The position numbers and the translations under genes are program-made. Of a DNA stretch of 64,000 nucleotides, positions 52,836 through 61,444 are shown piece after piece. The notes below the pieces were generated by a model. It ran no database searches. It saw nothing but the letters and a program-made list of their open reading frames with translations, and was not told where the DNA came from. Source of the stretch: Alphaproteobacteria bacterium (GTDB taxonomy: Bacteria > Pseudomonadota > Alphaproteobacteria > UBA828); NCBI GenBank assembly GCA_965220825.1, contig OZ244839.1, positions 3,077,280 through 3,141,279 on the forward strand, given 5' to 3'. Numbering within the stretch: the first letter of the stretch is position 1; every line of letters starts with the position of its first letter.

Positions 52836-54802
52836 GCGAAATCGCCGTACGCGAAGCCAACGAGGCGATCCGCGAATATGGCGCCCGTGGCGAGGATGTG
52901 GAGGTTCTCAACCCGGACGCACGGCACCATATCGGGGTCGGCCTGATCCATCCCGTCACGGTGCGGGTGCGCGGCTCGGCGGGCTATTTCTGCGCGGGCC
53001 TCGCCGACCGGGCGCGCTTCGAAATCGATAACAATGTGGGCTGGGGCCTGGGCGACAACATGTATTCCGGCACCGTGATCGTCCGCGGCAATGCGGGCGC
53101 GATCGCGGGTGTCGCCATCCGGGGTGCCGAGATCGTGATCCACGGCAATATGGGCTCCCGCGCCGGCCAGGTGATGAAGGCCGGCACGCTGTGCTGCGTC
53201 GGCAACGCCAACTTCATGGCGGGCTACATGATGTATGGCGGGCGCATCATCATCCTCGGGGAATCCGGCGAGCGCGTGGGCGAGGACATGTCCGCCGGCG
53301 AAATCTATATCGGCTCCCGCATCCATAGCCTGGGCTCGGACGCGGAACTCGCCGACATCGAGGCGTCGGAACTCGACGGCGTGCGGGAGTTCCTGGACCG
53401 TCACGAGATCCCGTTCAAGGGGGGCTTCCAGAAGGTGGTGAATGCGGGCAAGCGGCTGCGCTACGCCACCTCGGAGCGGCAAGTGCGCAGCATTCCGTTC
53501 TTCACCTTCTCCGGCAAGTCGGACTACTGGAACGACAAGGTCCAGGAGGACATCTACATCAAGTCCCAGATCGGGCGTTACCGGGTGCGGGGGTATGGCG
53601 GTGCGCGGGAGCTCCCGCACCTCTCCGACATCGCCTTCCGCAAGGATCTCTCGTCGGCGGGCACCCGGGGCGACCCGGTGGCGGCGGTCGAGATGCGGAC
53701 GGAGATCGGCGGGTTGAACGGTGCGCGCCCGCTCTCGCTCTCCATGCCGGTGATGATCGCGCCCATGAGCTACGGCGCGCTCTCACGTTCCACCAAGCAG
53801 GCGGTGGGCATGGCGTCCAGCATGGCGGGAATCGCCGAGAATACGGGCGAAGGTGGCATGAGCGACGCCCAGCGGGGTGCGGCGGAACAGCTCGTCTTCC
53901 AGTGCCTGGGCGGGCGGCTCGGCTGGAACATCCACGACATGAACCGTGCCGACGGGCTCGAAATCTATATCAGCCAGGGCGCGAAGCCCGGTTTCGGCGG
54001 CCAGCTCATGGCGAAGAAGGTCACGAAGGAGCTTGCCACCATCCGCGGCATCCCCGAGGGGATCGATCTGCGCTCGCCCTCGCGCCACCCCGATATCCTC
54101 GGTGCCGACGATCTGGTCATCAAGGTGGAGGAGTTCCGGGAGGCGACGGGCTACCGCATCCCGGTGAGCGTGAAGCTCGGCGCGGGCCGCGTCCGCGATG
54201 ACATCAAGATTGCCTACAAGGACGGCTTCGACTTCGTGGAGCTCGATGGCATGCAGGGCTCCACAGGTGCCGGCGGCGCGGAGGTGATGGAGCATGTGGG
54301 GGTGCCCACCATCGCCGCCATCGTCCAGGCCATGCGCGCGCTGGAGGAAGTGGACGGCCTCGGCAAGATGCAGATCGTCCTCATGGGCGGCATCCGCGAC
54401 GGGGTGGACGCGGTGAAGGGCCTCTGCCTCGGCGCGGACGCCGTCGCCATGGGCACCGCGGTAATCATTGCCGGCGGTTGCATCGCCTGCATGCAGTGCC
54501 ATGTGGGCCAGTGCGTGACCGGAATCGCGACCCAGGACCCGGAGCATGAGCGCCGCTACAACCCGGTGGCGGAGGCACGCAACATCCACCGCTATCTGGA
54601 GGGGGTGCGCTGGCAGATCGCGGCGCTGACCCAGGCGCTCGGCTATTCCAGCACGGTTGATCTGAATCGCGGCGATCTGGTGGCGCTTACGCGCGATGCG
54701 GCCGAGATGACGGGCCTTCCCTACGAACCGCAATACCGGGAGCGGGAACGCGAAACCGCCCTTGCACAGCGCTTCCGCGCGGTTCGCGACGGCGTGAGCT
54801 GA
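52817..54802 (+). CDS. fused GXGXG-domain + FMN-binding glutamate-synthase-central-domain protein (GlxC-GlxD / MgsB-MgsC-like fusion)
   Basis: N-terminal repeated GxGxG beta-helix region (VRGSAGYF..VIVRGNAGAIAG..IVIHGNMGSRAG..). C-terminal PF01645-like blocks (MIAPMSYGALS, ENTGEGG, SQGAKPGFGGQL, GMQGSTGAGG, MGGIRDGVDAVKGLCLGADAV, 3Fe-4S-type CxxCxxxxC GGCIACMQCHVGQC). Confidence 0.75.
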   Translation: MVQVDLGEIAVREANEAIREYGARGEDVEVLNPDARHHIGVGLIHPVTVRVRGSAGYFCAGLADRARFEIDNNVGWGLGDNMYSGTVIVRGNAGAIAGVAIRGAEIVIHGNMGSRAGQVMKAGTLCCVGNANFMAGYMMYGGRIIILGESGERVGEDMSAGEIYIGSRIHSLGSDAELADIEASELDGVREFLDRHEIPFKGGFQKVVNAGKRLRYATSERQVRSIPFFTFSGKSDYWNDKVQEDIYIKSQIGRYRVRGYGGARELPHLSDIAFRKDLSSAGTRGDPVAAVEMRTEIGGLNGARPLSLSMPVMIAPMSYGALSRSTKQAVGMASSMAGIAENTGEGGMSDAQRGAAEQLVFQCLGGRLGWNIHDMNRADGLEIYISQGAKPGFGGQLMAKKVTKELATIRGIPEGIDLRSPSRHPDILGADDLVIKVEEFREATGYRIPVSVKLGAGRVRDDIKIAYKDGFDFVELDGMQGSTGAGGAEVMEHVGVPTIAAIVQAMRALEEVDGLGKMQIVLMGGIRDGVDAVKGLCLGADAVAMGTAVIIAGGCIACMQCHVGQCVTGIATQDPEHERRYNPVAEARNIHRYLEGVRWQIAALTQALGYSSTVDLNRGDLVALTRDAAEMTGLPYEPQYRERERETALAQRFRAVRDGVS

Positions 54803-54805
54803 GCC

Positions 54806-57322
54806 ATGACGATCTCCGAGATGGACAGTGGCGGGCAGCTTCTCGCCGAACTTCCCGACGATACCGGCGACATCCACTTCGTCCCGGCGCCTTGCCAGGT
54901 TGCCTGCCCGGTGGGCACGGACGCGCCCTCCTACATCGCCTATATCTGGGAGCGGAAGTTCGAGGAGGCATTCGAGGCCATCACGGCCACCAACCCGTTC
55001 AGCTCCATCTGCGGGCGGGTGTGCGACGCGCCCTGCGAACCGGCCTGCCGGCGCACCGATTCCGACGGGCCGGTGCAGATCCGCAACCTCAAGCGCTTTG
55101 TCATGGACGCGGTCGGCCCCGATCACGCGCTGCCGCCGGTGCCGGTGACGAAGCAGCAAACCGTCGCCGTGGTGGGTTCGGGTCCCGCCGGGATGACGGC
55201 CGCGCACGATCTTTGCGTCGCGGGTTACGAGACGCATGTCTATGAAATGACGGACCGTCTCGGCGGCATGATGGTCTGGGGAATCCCCGCCTTCCGGCTC
55301 CCGACGGGCATCATCGGGGAGGATATCGATCGCATCGCCAAGCGCTGCCCCGGAATGAAGATCCATCTCGATACCGCCCTCGGGCGGGACGTGACGCTCG
55401 ATGAGTTGAAGGAGCGCCACGACGCGGTGATCCTCGCCATCGGCGCCTGGTGGGGCAAGAAGATGGGGATCCCGGGCGAGGACGATCCGAGGGTGATCGA
55501 CGGCGTGCAGTTCCTGAGGGACGTGAATGAAGGCGCCCGGCCCGAGATACCGGAGACCGTGGTGGTGGTGGGCGGCGGCGACGTGGCGATGGATGCCTGC
55601 CGGGTCGCCAAGCGCCTCCCCGGCTGCAAGCATGTCAAGGTGATCTACCGCCGGGGTCCGGCGGAGATTCCGGCGCGCAAGATCGAACTCGAGGGTGCCG
55701 TCGCCGAAGGAATCGAGTTCGTCTACCACACGCAGCAGACGGAAATCGTGAAGGACGGCAACGGGCTCGCGGTCCGCTGCCTCCGGACGACCCTTGGCGA
55801 TCCGGACGAATCGGGCCGCCGCAGCCCCGTCAACATGCCGGGGACGGAGCATGATATCTCGTGCGGCATGGTGATAGCCTCGGTGGGCCAGGAGGGGCTC
55901 TGCGACGATCTGGACGGCCGCGGCATGATGGGGACCGACCGGGTGCGGACGGACTGGGAGACCATGCGCACGAGCGATCCCAAGGTCTTTGCGGCCGGCG
56001 ACGGCGCCTTCGGCGGCTCCACCATCGTCATGGCCATGAACCACGGCCAGCGGGTCGCCTATTATGTGAAGGCTTTCCTCGAGGGGCGGGACGATCCGCT
56101 TCCCTATCGCACGCCCTTCCGTACGCGCCGCGTACCCGTGGCGCAGGATCTGAAGTGGGAGCTGCTGCCGGTGCAGCACCCCGATTTCCTCGGTCTCGGC
56201 GAGAAGCCCGTGGAGTTCCCCGAGATCGAGACCACCTACGACTGGAATGCGGCGCGGGACGAGGCGGCGCGCTGCTTCCGCTGCGATGCGGAGACGGGCT
56301 CGGCCGACTATTCGGTCGACCACCGGGAGGATATTTTCGCCATGGCGCGCACCAACCCGGTGGATGCGGCCCGTCAGACGACGACGCTGCGCAAGCGCAT
56401 GGAAGGCCGCGACGACCCCTTCCCGCCGGAGCGCCTCGGGGTGCTCGACGACCTCGCTTTCCTTCCGGCCAACCTCTCCCGCCTCGTGATCGACCCCTAT
56501 CGGGAGGCCTGCCGGATCGACACCCGGGTGGGCGAGCTTCGCCTCGACCTTCCCTTCCTCGTCGCCGGCTTCGACACCGCGCCCGCGGATGTGCGCCGCG
56601 CGGTCGGGCAGGGCCTCGCGGAGGCCGGCGCCGCCTATCTCGGGCTCGAGCCTCTGGGCGGAGAGGCCGCTTGGTTCCAGCTCGTGATGCCGGATCAGAT
56701 TCCGCCGTCGCCCGAGGCGGCGGGTATCGTCCACGCGCTGGGCCACAGCTTCCGCCCCGTGGAGCCCAATCGCCTGCGCGAGGGCCAGGTGGCGGGTCTT
56801 GCCGTCTCCTCGCCCGCCGTTCTGGAGGAGGCGATCCCCCATGCCCTCGAAGCCGGCTTCGACATGCTGCTGCTGGACGGCAGTGCCGGTCTCGGAACCT
56901 CCTGGGCGGAACTCCAGGGCCCGCCTGACCTCACGATCCTGCGGGATGCCGTTTCCATCCTGCGCCGCCTCGGGCGCGAGGAGGAGATCGACCTGGTCTA
57001 TTTCGGCGGCGTGCGCTCCGGCACCGATGCGGCGAAGGTGATCGCCATGGGCGCGGTGGCGGTGGTACTGGGAGTCGTGGTAGGGCTCGCCGCGGGCGGT
57101 GCCGTCGACCAGACCCACGCGATGCGCTTCTCCGCCGACCGCACGGACGAGGACCGCGCGCGGGGCGCCACCAACATCGTGAAGGCGTCCGCCTCGGAAG
57201 CCTCCATGATGGCCCGCTGTACGGGCAAGACGAACCTCCAGAATGTGGAGCCCGAGGACCTGCGCGCACTGACCGCCGCCACCGCCGAAGCGACCGGCAT
57301 CCCACTCGCGGGGACGCAGTAG
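54806..57322 (+). CDS. GltD-like NAD(P)H flavin oxidoreductase fused to a second, degenerate glutamate-synthase FMN-type TIM-barrel domain
   Basis: N-terminal Fe-S Cys clusters (CQVACPVG, CGRVCDAPCEPAC), two dinucleotide-binding motifs (VAVVGSGPAGMTAA, VVVVGGGDVAMD). C-terminal about 370 aa with PF01645-like blocks (LLLDGSAGLGTS, IDLVYFGGVRSGTDAAKVIAMGA). Confidence 0.65.
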   Translation: MTISEMDSGGQLLAELPDDTGDIHFVPAPCQVACPVGTDAPSYIAYIWERKFEEAFEAITATNPFSSICGRVCDAPCEPACRRTDSDGPVQIRNLKRFVMDAVGPDHALPPVPVTKQQTVAVVGSGPAGMTAAHDLCVAGYETHVYEMTDRLGGMMVWGIPAFRLPTGIIGEDIDRIAKRCPGMKIHLDTALGRDVTLDELKERHDAVILAIGAWWGKKMGIPGEDDPRVIDGVQFLRDVNEGARPEIPETVVVVGGGDVAMDACRVAKRLPGCKHVKVIYRRGPAEIPARKIELEGAVAEGIEFVYHTQQTEIVKDGNGLAVRCLRTTLGDPDESGRRSPVNMPGTEHDISCGMVIASVGQEGLCDDLDGRGMMGTDRVRTDWETMRTSDPKVFAAGDGAFGGSTIVMAMNHGQRVAYYVKAFLEGRDDPLPYRTPFRTRRVPVAQDLKWELLPVQHPDFLGLGEKPVEFPEIETTYDWNAARDEAARCFRCDAETGSADYSVDHREDIFAMARTNPVDAARQTTTLRKRMEGRDDPFPPERLGVLDDLAFLPANLSRLVIDPYREACRIDTRVGELRLDLPFLVAGFDTAPADVRRAVGQGLAEAGAAYLGLEPLGGEAAWFQLVMPDQIPPSPEAAGIVHALGHSFRPVEPNRLREGQVAGLAVSSPAVLEEAIPHALEAGFDMLLLDGSAGLGTSWAELQGPPDLTILRDAVSILRRLGREEEIDLVYFGGVRSGTDAAKVIAMGAVAVVLGVVVGLAAGGAVDQTHAMRFSADRTDEDRARGATNIVKASASEASMMARCTGKTNLQNVEPEDLRALTAATAEATGIPLAGTQ

Positions 57323-57377
57323 CCCCAGTTTGCTCCGTGGTGCCTGGGGACCGGCCGCCGTGCCTACACAGCAATTG

Positions 57378-57557
57378 ATGCTCCGATGTGGATCATGTGA
57401 GAAAATGACGCTTCATGTGCGTCAAAGAATAAACCATCTTCTGCATTTTGTTATATCGGCATCAACCATTATATGGGCGATTGTTTGGCTTATTCTTATA
57501 TTTAGTGACAGACGTATGGCGCAATGTACGCAGTGTGGTGGATCGAACAAGGTTTAG
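57378..57557 (+). CDS. tiny zinc-ribbon membrane protein (CxxC - TM helix - CxxC), hypothetical
   Basis: MLRCGSCEKMTLHVRQRINHLLHFVISASTIIWAIVWLILIFSDRRMAQCTQCGGSNKV. Located in a 250-bp segment of about 42% GC. Start uncertain (ATGs at 57330, 57378, 57405). Confidence 0.35.
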   Translation: MLRCGSCEKMTLHVRQRINHLLHFVISASTIIWAIVWLILIFSDRRMAQCTQCGGSNKV

Positions 57558-57650
57558 TCGAAATATGCGCGTTAGTACGGGCGGTCGCATTGACGCCGGC
57601 AGCAGCGTGAACCTGAACGGGGAGCGATCTCTCGCATAGGATGGCAGCCC

Positions 57651-58946
57651 ATGCGCGTTCACCTGAATTACGGCCGCGGCAAGCGTGCGGTAGAGCTTCC
57701 GGAGGGGTGTGACGTCACCGTCATTGCCAAGCAGGCGATGCCGGTGCTGGCGGCGCCTTCCGCCGCCATGGCGCGGGCGCTCGCCGAGCCCGTGGGCTGT
57801 GCGCCGCTCGCCAAGGAGGCCGCGGGCGCGGCGAGCGCCTGCATCCTGATCTGCGACGTCACCCGCCCGGTACCCAACGGGGTCATTCTTCCGGTTCTCG
57901 TCCGCGCCCTGCTGGGTGCCGGCCTTGCGCCCGATTCCATCACGGTGCTGGTGGCGACCGGCCTGCACCGGCCCAATGAAGGGGCGGAACTCGCGGAGCT
58001 GGTCGGCGACCCCTGGGTGCTCGAGACGGTCCGGGTCGAGAACCACTTCGCCCGCAGCGACGCCGACCACCGCTTCGTGGGCCGCACCCGGAGCGGCACG
58101 GTCGTCCGGCTGGACCGGCGCTTTCTGGAAGCGGACCTCAAGATCGCGACGGGGCTGGTGGAGCCCCACTTCATGGCGGGCTGGTCCGGCGGGCGCAAGG
58201 TGGTGGCGCCCGGCATTGCCCACGCGGAGACGGTGACGACGTTTCACAGCGCGCGCTTCATGGAGCACCCCGACTGCGCGAACTGCGTGCTGGAGGGCAA
58301 TCCGCTGCACGCGGAGCAGCTTGAAATCGTGGGCATGCTGGGGCCCTTGCGGGCGGTCAATGCCGTCATCGACGACGAGCGGCGCGTCTCCTTCCTCAAC
58401 TATGGCGAGATCGTCGCGAGCCATGCGGCGGCGGTCGGTTTCGCCGCGCCCTTCGCCACCGTGTCCGTGAGCGAGCGCTTCGCCACCGTGCTCACCTCCG
58501 CCGCCGGCCACCCCCTCGACCAGACCTACTATCAGACGGTCAAGGGCATGGTGGGACCCATGCAGATTCTGGCGCCCGGCGGGGACCTGATCGTGGCCTC
58601 CGCCTGCTCCGGCGGTTTGGGGTCGGCGGACTATGCCGAGGCCCAGCGCCGCCTGGTGGCGCTCGGCCCCGAGCGCTTCCTCGCCGGCATCGAGGGAAAG
58701 ACTCACGCCGCCATCGACGAGTGGCAGACCGAGATGCAGCTCAAACCCATGCGCGTGGGCACGATCCATCTCTTCACCGAGGGGCTCTCGGAAGAGGAGC
58801 GTGCGCTCACCGGCGTCCGCACCGTGGACTCCCTCGAGGGCGCCGTCGCCGAGGCCGCCGCGCGCCACGCCCGCAACGGCGACCGCCGCATCGCGGTTAT
58901 CCCCGAAGGCCCCTACGTCGTGCCGCTTCACCGGCACGCGGCGTAG
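57651..58946 (+). CDS. LarA-family protein (nickel-pincer-nucleotide-dependent 2-hydroxyacid racemase/epimerase-like, DUF2088)
   Basis: 431 aa. LVATGLHRP and HFMAGWSGGRK blocks characteristic of LarA N-terminal domain (Lys for NPN tethering), second catalytic His region. Confidence 0.7.
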   Translation: MRVHLNYGRGKRAVELPEGCDVTVIAKQAMPVLAAPSAAMARALAEPVGCAPLAKEAAGAASACILICDVTRPVPNGVILPVLVRALLGAGLAPDSITVLVATGLHRPNEGAELAELVGDPWVLETVRVENHFARSDADHRFVGRTRSGTVVRLDRRFLEADLKIATGLVEPHFMAGWSGGRKVVAPGIAHAETVTTFHSARFMEHPDCANCVLEGNPLHAEQLEIVGMLGPLRAVNAVIDDERRVSFLNYGEIVASHAAAVGFAAPFATVSVSERFATVLTSAAGHPLDQTYYQTVKGMVGPMQILAPGGDLIVASACSGGLGSADYAEAQRRLVALGPERFLAGIEGKTHAAIDEWQTEMQLKPMRVGTIHLFTEGLSEEERALTGVRTVDSLEGAVAEAAARHARNGDRRIAVIPEGPYVVPLHRHAA

Positions 58947-58959
58947 AGCGGTTCCATCG

Positions 58960-60507
58960 ATGGCTGAACCTGCGCGCCGGCGCGGGGCGAACCCCGTCTG
59001 CCTGTTGGCGGCGACGGTCATCGGCTCCGCTCTCGTCTATATCGACGGCACCGCGGTCAATGTCGCGCTTCCCGTGGCGCAGCGGGATCTGGGCGCGGAC
59101 CTGGTGGACCTGCAGTGGGTGATCGAGTCCTACGCGATCATGCTGGCGGCGCTCCTCCTTCTCGGTGGCGCACTGGGGGACCGCTACGGACGCAAGCGGT
59201 TGTTCGCGCTGGGCCTCTCCCTGTTCGCCGTCGCCTCCGTCTGGTGCGGGATGGCGCCGGATGTGGGCCAGCTCATCGGTGCCCGGGCGCTCCAGGGAGC
59301 GGGCGGTGCCCTGCTGATTCCGGGGAGCCTCGCACTGATTACCGCCCATGTGCCGCCGGAGCGCCGAGGCCGCGCCATCGGCACCTGGGCTGCGTTCTCT
59401 TCCGTTTCGGTGGCGATCGGGCCGGTGCTCGGCGGCTGGCTGATCGATCATGCGTCCTGGCGCTGGGTCTTCTACATCAACCCGCCGCTTGCGCTCGTCG
59501 TCCTGGCACTGCTTGCGGCCGGTGTGCCCGAGAGCCGGGACGAAAGCCGTAGTGGACGCTTCGACTATGTCGGTGCGGCGCTCGTGGCGCTCGGCCTCGG
59601 CGTGCTTGTCTACGGGCTGCTGGAGGCCGCACGCCACGGCTTCGACGACCCTGCGGCAGCGGTTTCGGTTGCGGCCGGCGTGGTGCTGCTCGCGGCTTTC
59701 ATCAGGGTGGAAGCACGGGCCGAGGTACCGATGATGCCGCTTGGTCTCTTCCGTTCCAGGGTCTTCAGCGGCGCGAACGCCGCCACCTTTTTTCTCTATG
59801 CGGCGCTCGGCGGCGGGTTCTTCTTCCTCTCCTTCAACATGGTGCAGGTGCAGGGCTGGAGCGCGACGGAGGCGGGCCTCGCCTTCCTGCCCCTGATCCT
59901 CTCGATCTCCGTCCTCTCCCAGGCGGTGGGCCGGACGGTGGATCGCGTTGGCGCCCGCTGGCTGCTGATCGCGGGGCCCGCGCTTTCGGCGGTGGGCTAC
60001 GGGCTCTTCATTCTGCCGGGTCCGGACGCGGACTACTGGCAGACATTCTTTCCCGCCATGGCGGCGCTCGGCGTCGGGACCGGCATCGCGGTGGCGCCGC
60101 TCACATCCGTGGCCATGGGCGCCGCGCCCGTCGCCCAGTCGGGCGTCGCGGCCGGTGTCAACAACACGGCGTCCCGCTTCGGCACCGTGCTCATGCTCGC
60201 GGTCTTCGGCCTGATCGTGGTCGCGGCCTTCAACGCCCGCCTGGATGTGGAGCCCGTGCTCGAAAGCCTCTCGCCCGCGGCCCGTGCCGCGTTCGATGCG
60301 GAGCGGCTCAACCTCGCGGCCGCGGCACTCCCCGAGGGGCTTCCGGCCGACGCGGCCGCCGCCCTTCGCGCCGCGGTGGAAGAGGGCTTCGTCGGGGGTT
60401 TCCGCATCGTGATGGCGGTCTGCGCCGGCCTGGCGTTGCTTGCGAGCCTGGCCGCCGCCCTCACCGTCCCGTCCGGCGGCGCCCGCGCGCCGGTGGACGG
60501 CCGCTGA
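58960..60507 (+). CDS. MFS transporter, DHA2 (14-TMS EmrB/QacA) family
   Basis: 515 aa. LGGALGDRYGRKRLF motif A region, 14 hydrophobic segments. 13 nt downstream of the LarA-like gene. Confidence 0.8.
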   Translation: MAEPARRRGANPVCLLAATVIGSALVYIDGTAVNVALPVAQRDLGADLVDLQWVIESYAIMLAALLLLGGALGDRYGRKRLFALGLSLFAVASVWCGMAPDVGQLIGARALQGAGGALLIPGSLALITAHVPPERRGRAIGTWAAFSSVSVAIGPVLGGWLIDHASWRWVFYINPPLALVVLALLAAGVPESRDESRSGRFDYVGAALVALGLGVLVYGLLEAARHGFDDPAAAVSVAAGVVLLAAFIRVEARAEVPMMPLGLFRSRVFSGANAATFFLYAALGGGFFFLSFNMVQVQGWSATEAGLAFLPLILSISVLSQAVGRTVDRVGARWLLIAGPALSAVGYGLFILPGPDADYWQTFFPAMAALGVGTGIAVAPLTSVAMGAAPVAQSGVAAGVNNTASRFGTVLMLAVFGLIVVAAFNARLDVEPVLESLSPAARAAFDAERLNLAAAALPEGLPADAAAALRAAVEEGFVGGFRIVMAVCAGLALLASLAAALTVPSGGARAPVDGR

Positions 60508-60512
60508 GCGGG

Positions 60513-61331
60513 CTATTGGGGTGCGAAGAAGGCGAGGGTCCGCGCTTCGATGCTTTGGCGCGGCGGTGCGTCCGGCGGCGTTTCCGGGTCCGCGAACGCC
60601 GTGTGGGCGGTGAATCGCGACCGTCCGTCCCGTAGCGAATCGTAACATTTGAAGACCAGGGCTTCCTCGCGCTCCATCGCCGGGAAGTAGTACCAGCGGT
60701 GGCCCGGATTGTGGCTCATCTGCAGAACCTCGCCGACGCGGTCCTCGTAGATCAGGTCGGTCTCCACCAGGTCTTCGGGCTGGATGCTGCGGGCGTCGCA
60801 GATGGCAAGCGGCATGTCGTGCACCGGCCCTGTGATGGGCCGCCAGACCTGGATGACGGCGAAGCGGTGCTCGAGCAGCGCGTCCGCGCGGTCCGCCGGC
60901 AGGAGGTCGCGGACCCTCTGGGGGGCGGACCTCTCCGTATAGTCGTTGTGGGCGATAAGCACGGGCTCGCGCGCACGGCGCTCGGCCCGGATTGCCGACT
61001 CGTTGACGCGGATGGTGTGGTCGAACACCAGGACCTCCGAGGCCCCGCTGTGGTCCTTCACCAGCCGTTCGACCTCGGGGTAGTAGACGGCCTCGACCTC
61101 CGCGTCGTCGAAGAAGTCGGCGACACGCGTCTCGTGCCGGGCAAGCGCGAAGCCTTCCCGGTCCAGCGCGAAGCGGTCGGCCTCCGCCCGCCCGTCCCGG
61201 ATGACCACGGAGACCTCGCGGAACGCCGCGTCCCGGAGCGCGGTGCGCTCGCCCGGCCGTGCGATATGCGTGGCGGGCTTCTCTCCGGACGGCACCAGAT
61301 AGTTGACATGCGCTCGGATGGAATCCTGCAT
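60513..61331 (-). CDS. hypothetical protein, possible CmcJ/NvfI-family hydroxylase-like
   Basis: 272 aa, MQDSIRAHVNYLVP... No cofactor motif recognised with certainty. Family call is from overall resemblance only. Confidence 0.4.
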   Translation of the reverse strand: MQDSIRAHVNYLVPSGEKPATHIARPGERTALRDAAFREVSVVIRDGRAEADRFALDREGFALARHETRVADFFDDAEVEAVYYPEVERLVKDHSGASEVLVFDHTIRVNESAIRAERRAREPVLIAHNDYTERSAPQRVRDLLPADRADALLEHRFAVIQVWRPITGPVHDMPLAICDARSIQPEDLVETDLIYEDRVGEVLQMSHNPGHRWYYFPAMEREEALVFKCYDSLRDGRSRFTAHTAFADPETPPDAPPRQSIEARTLAFFAPQ

Positions 61332-61444
61332 GGCTTGCGCTTCGTTGCCGCTGTGAACGGATCCGCAGAGTAGACCGAAACCGGTCGAAAACCCATCTTG
61401 TCGGCATACCCGTCGGGCGCGCAGCCCGGGCGCTCGGGGCGCGG

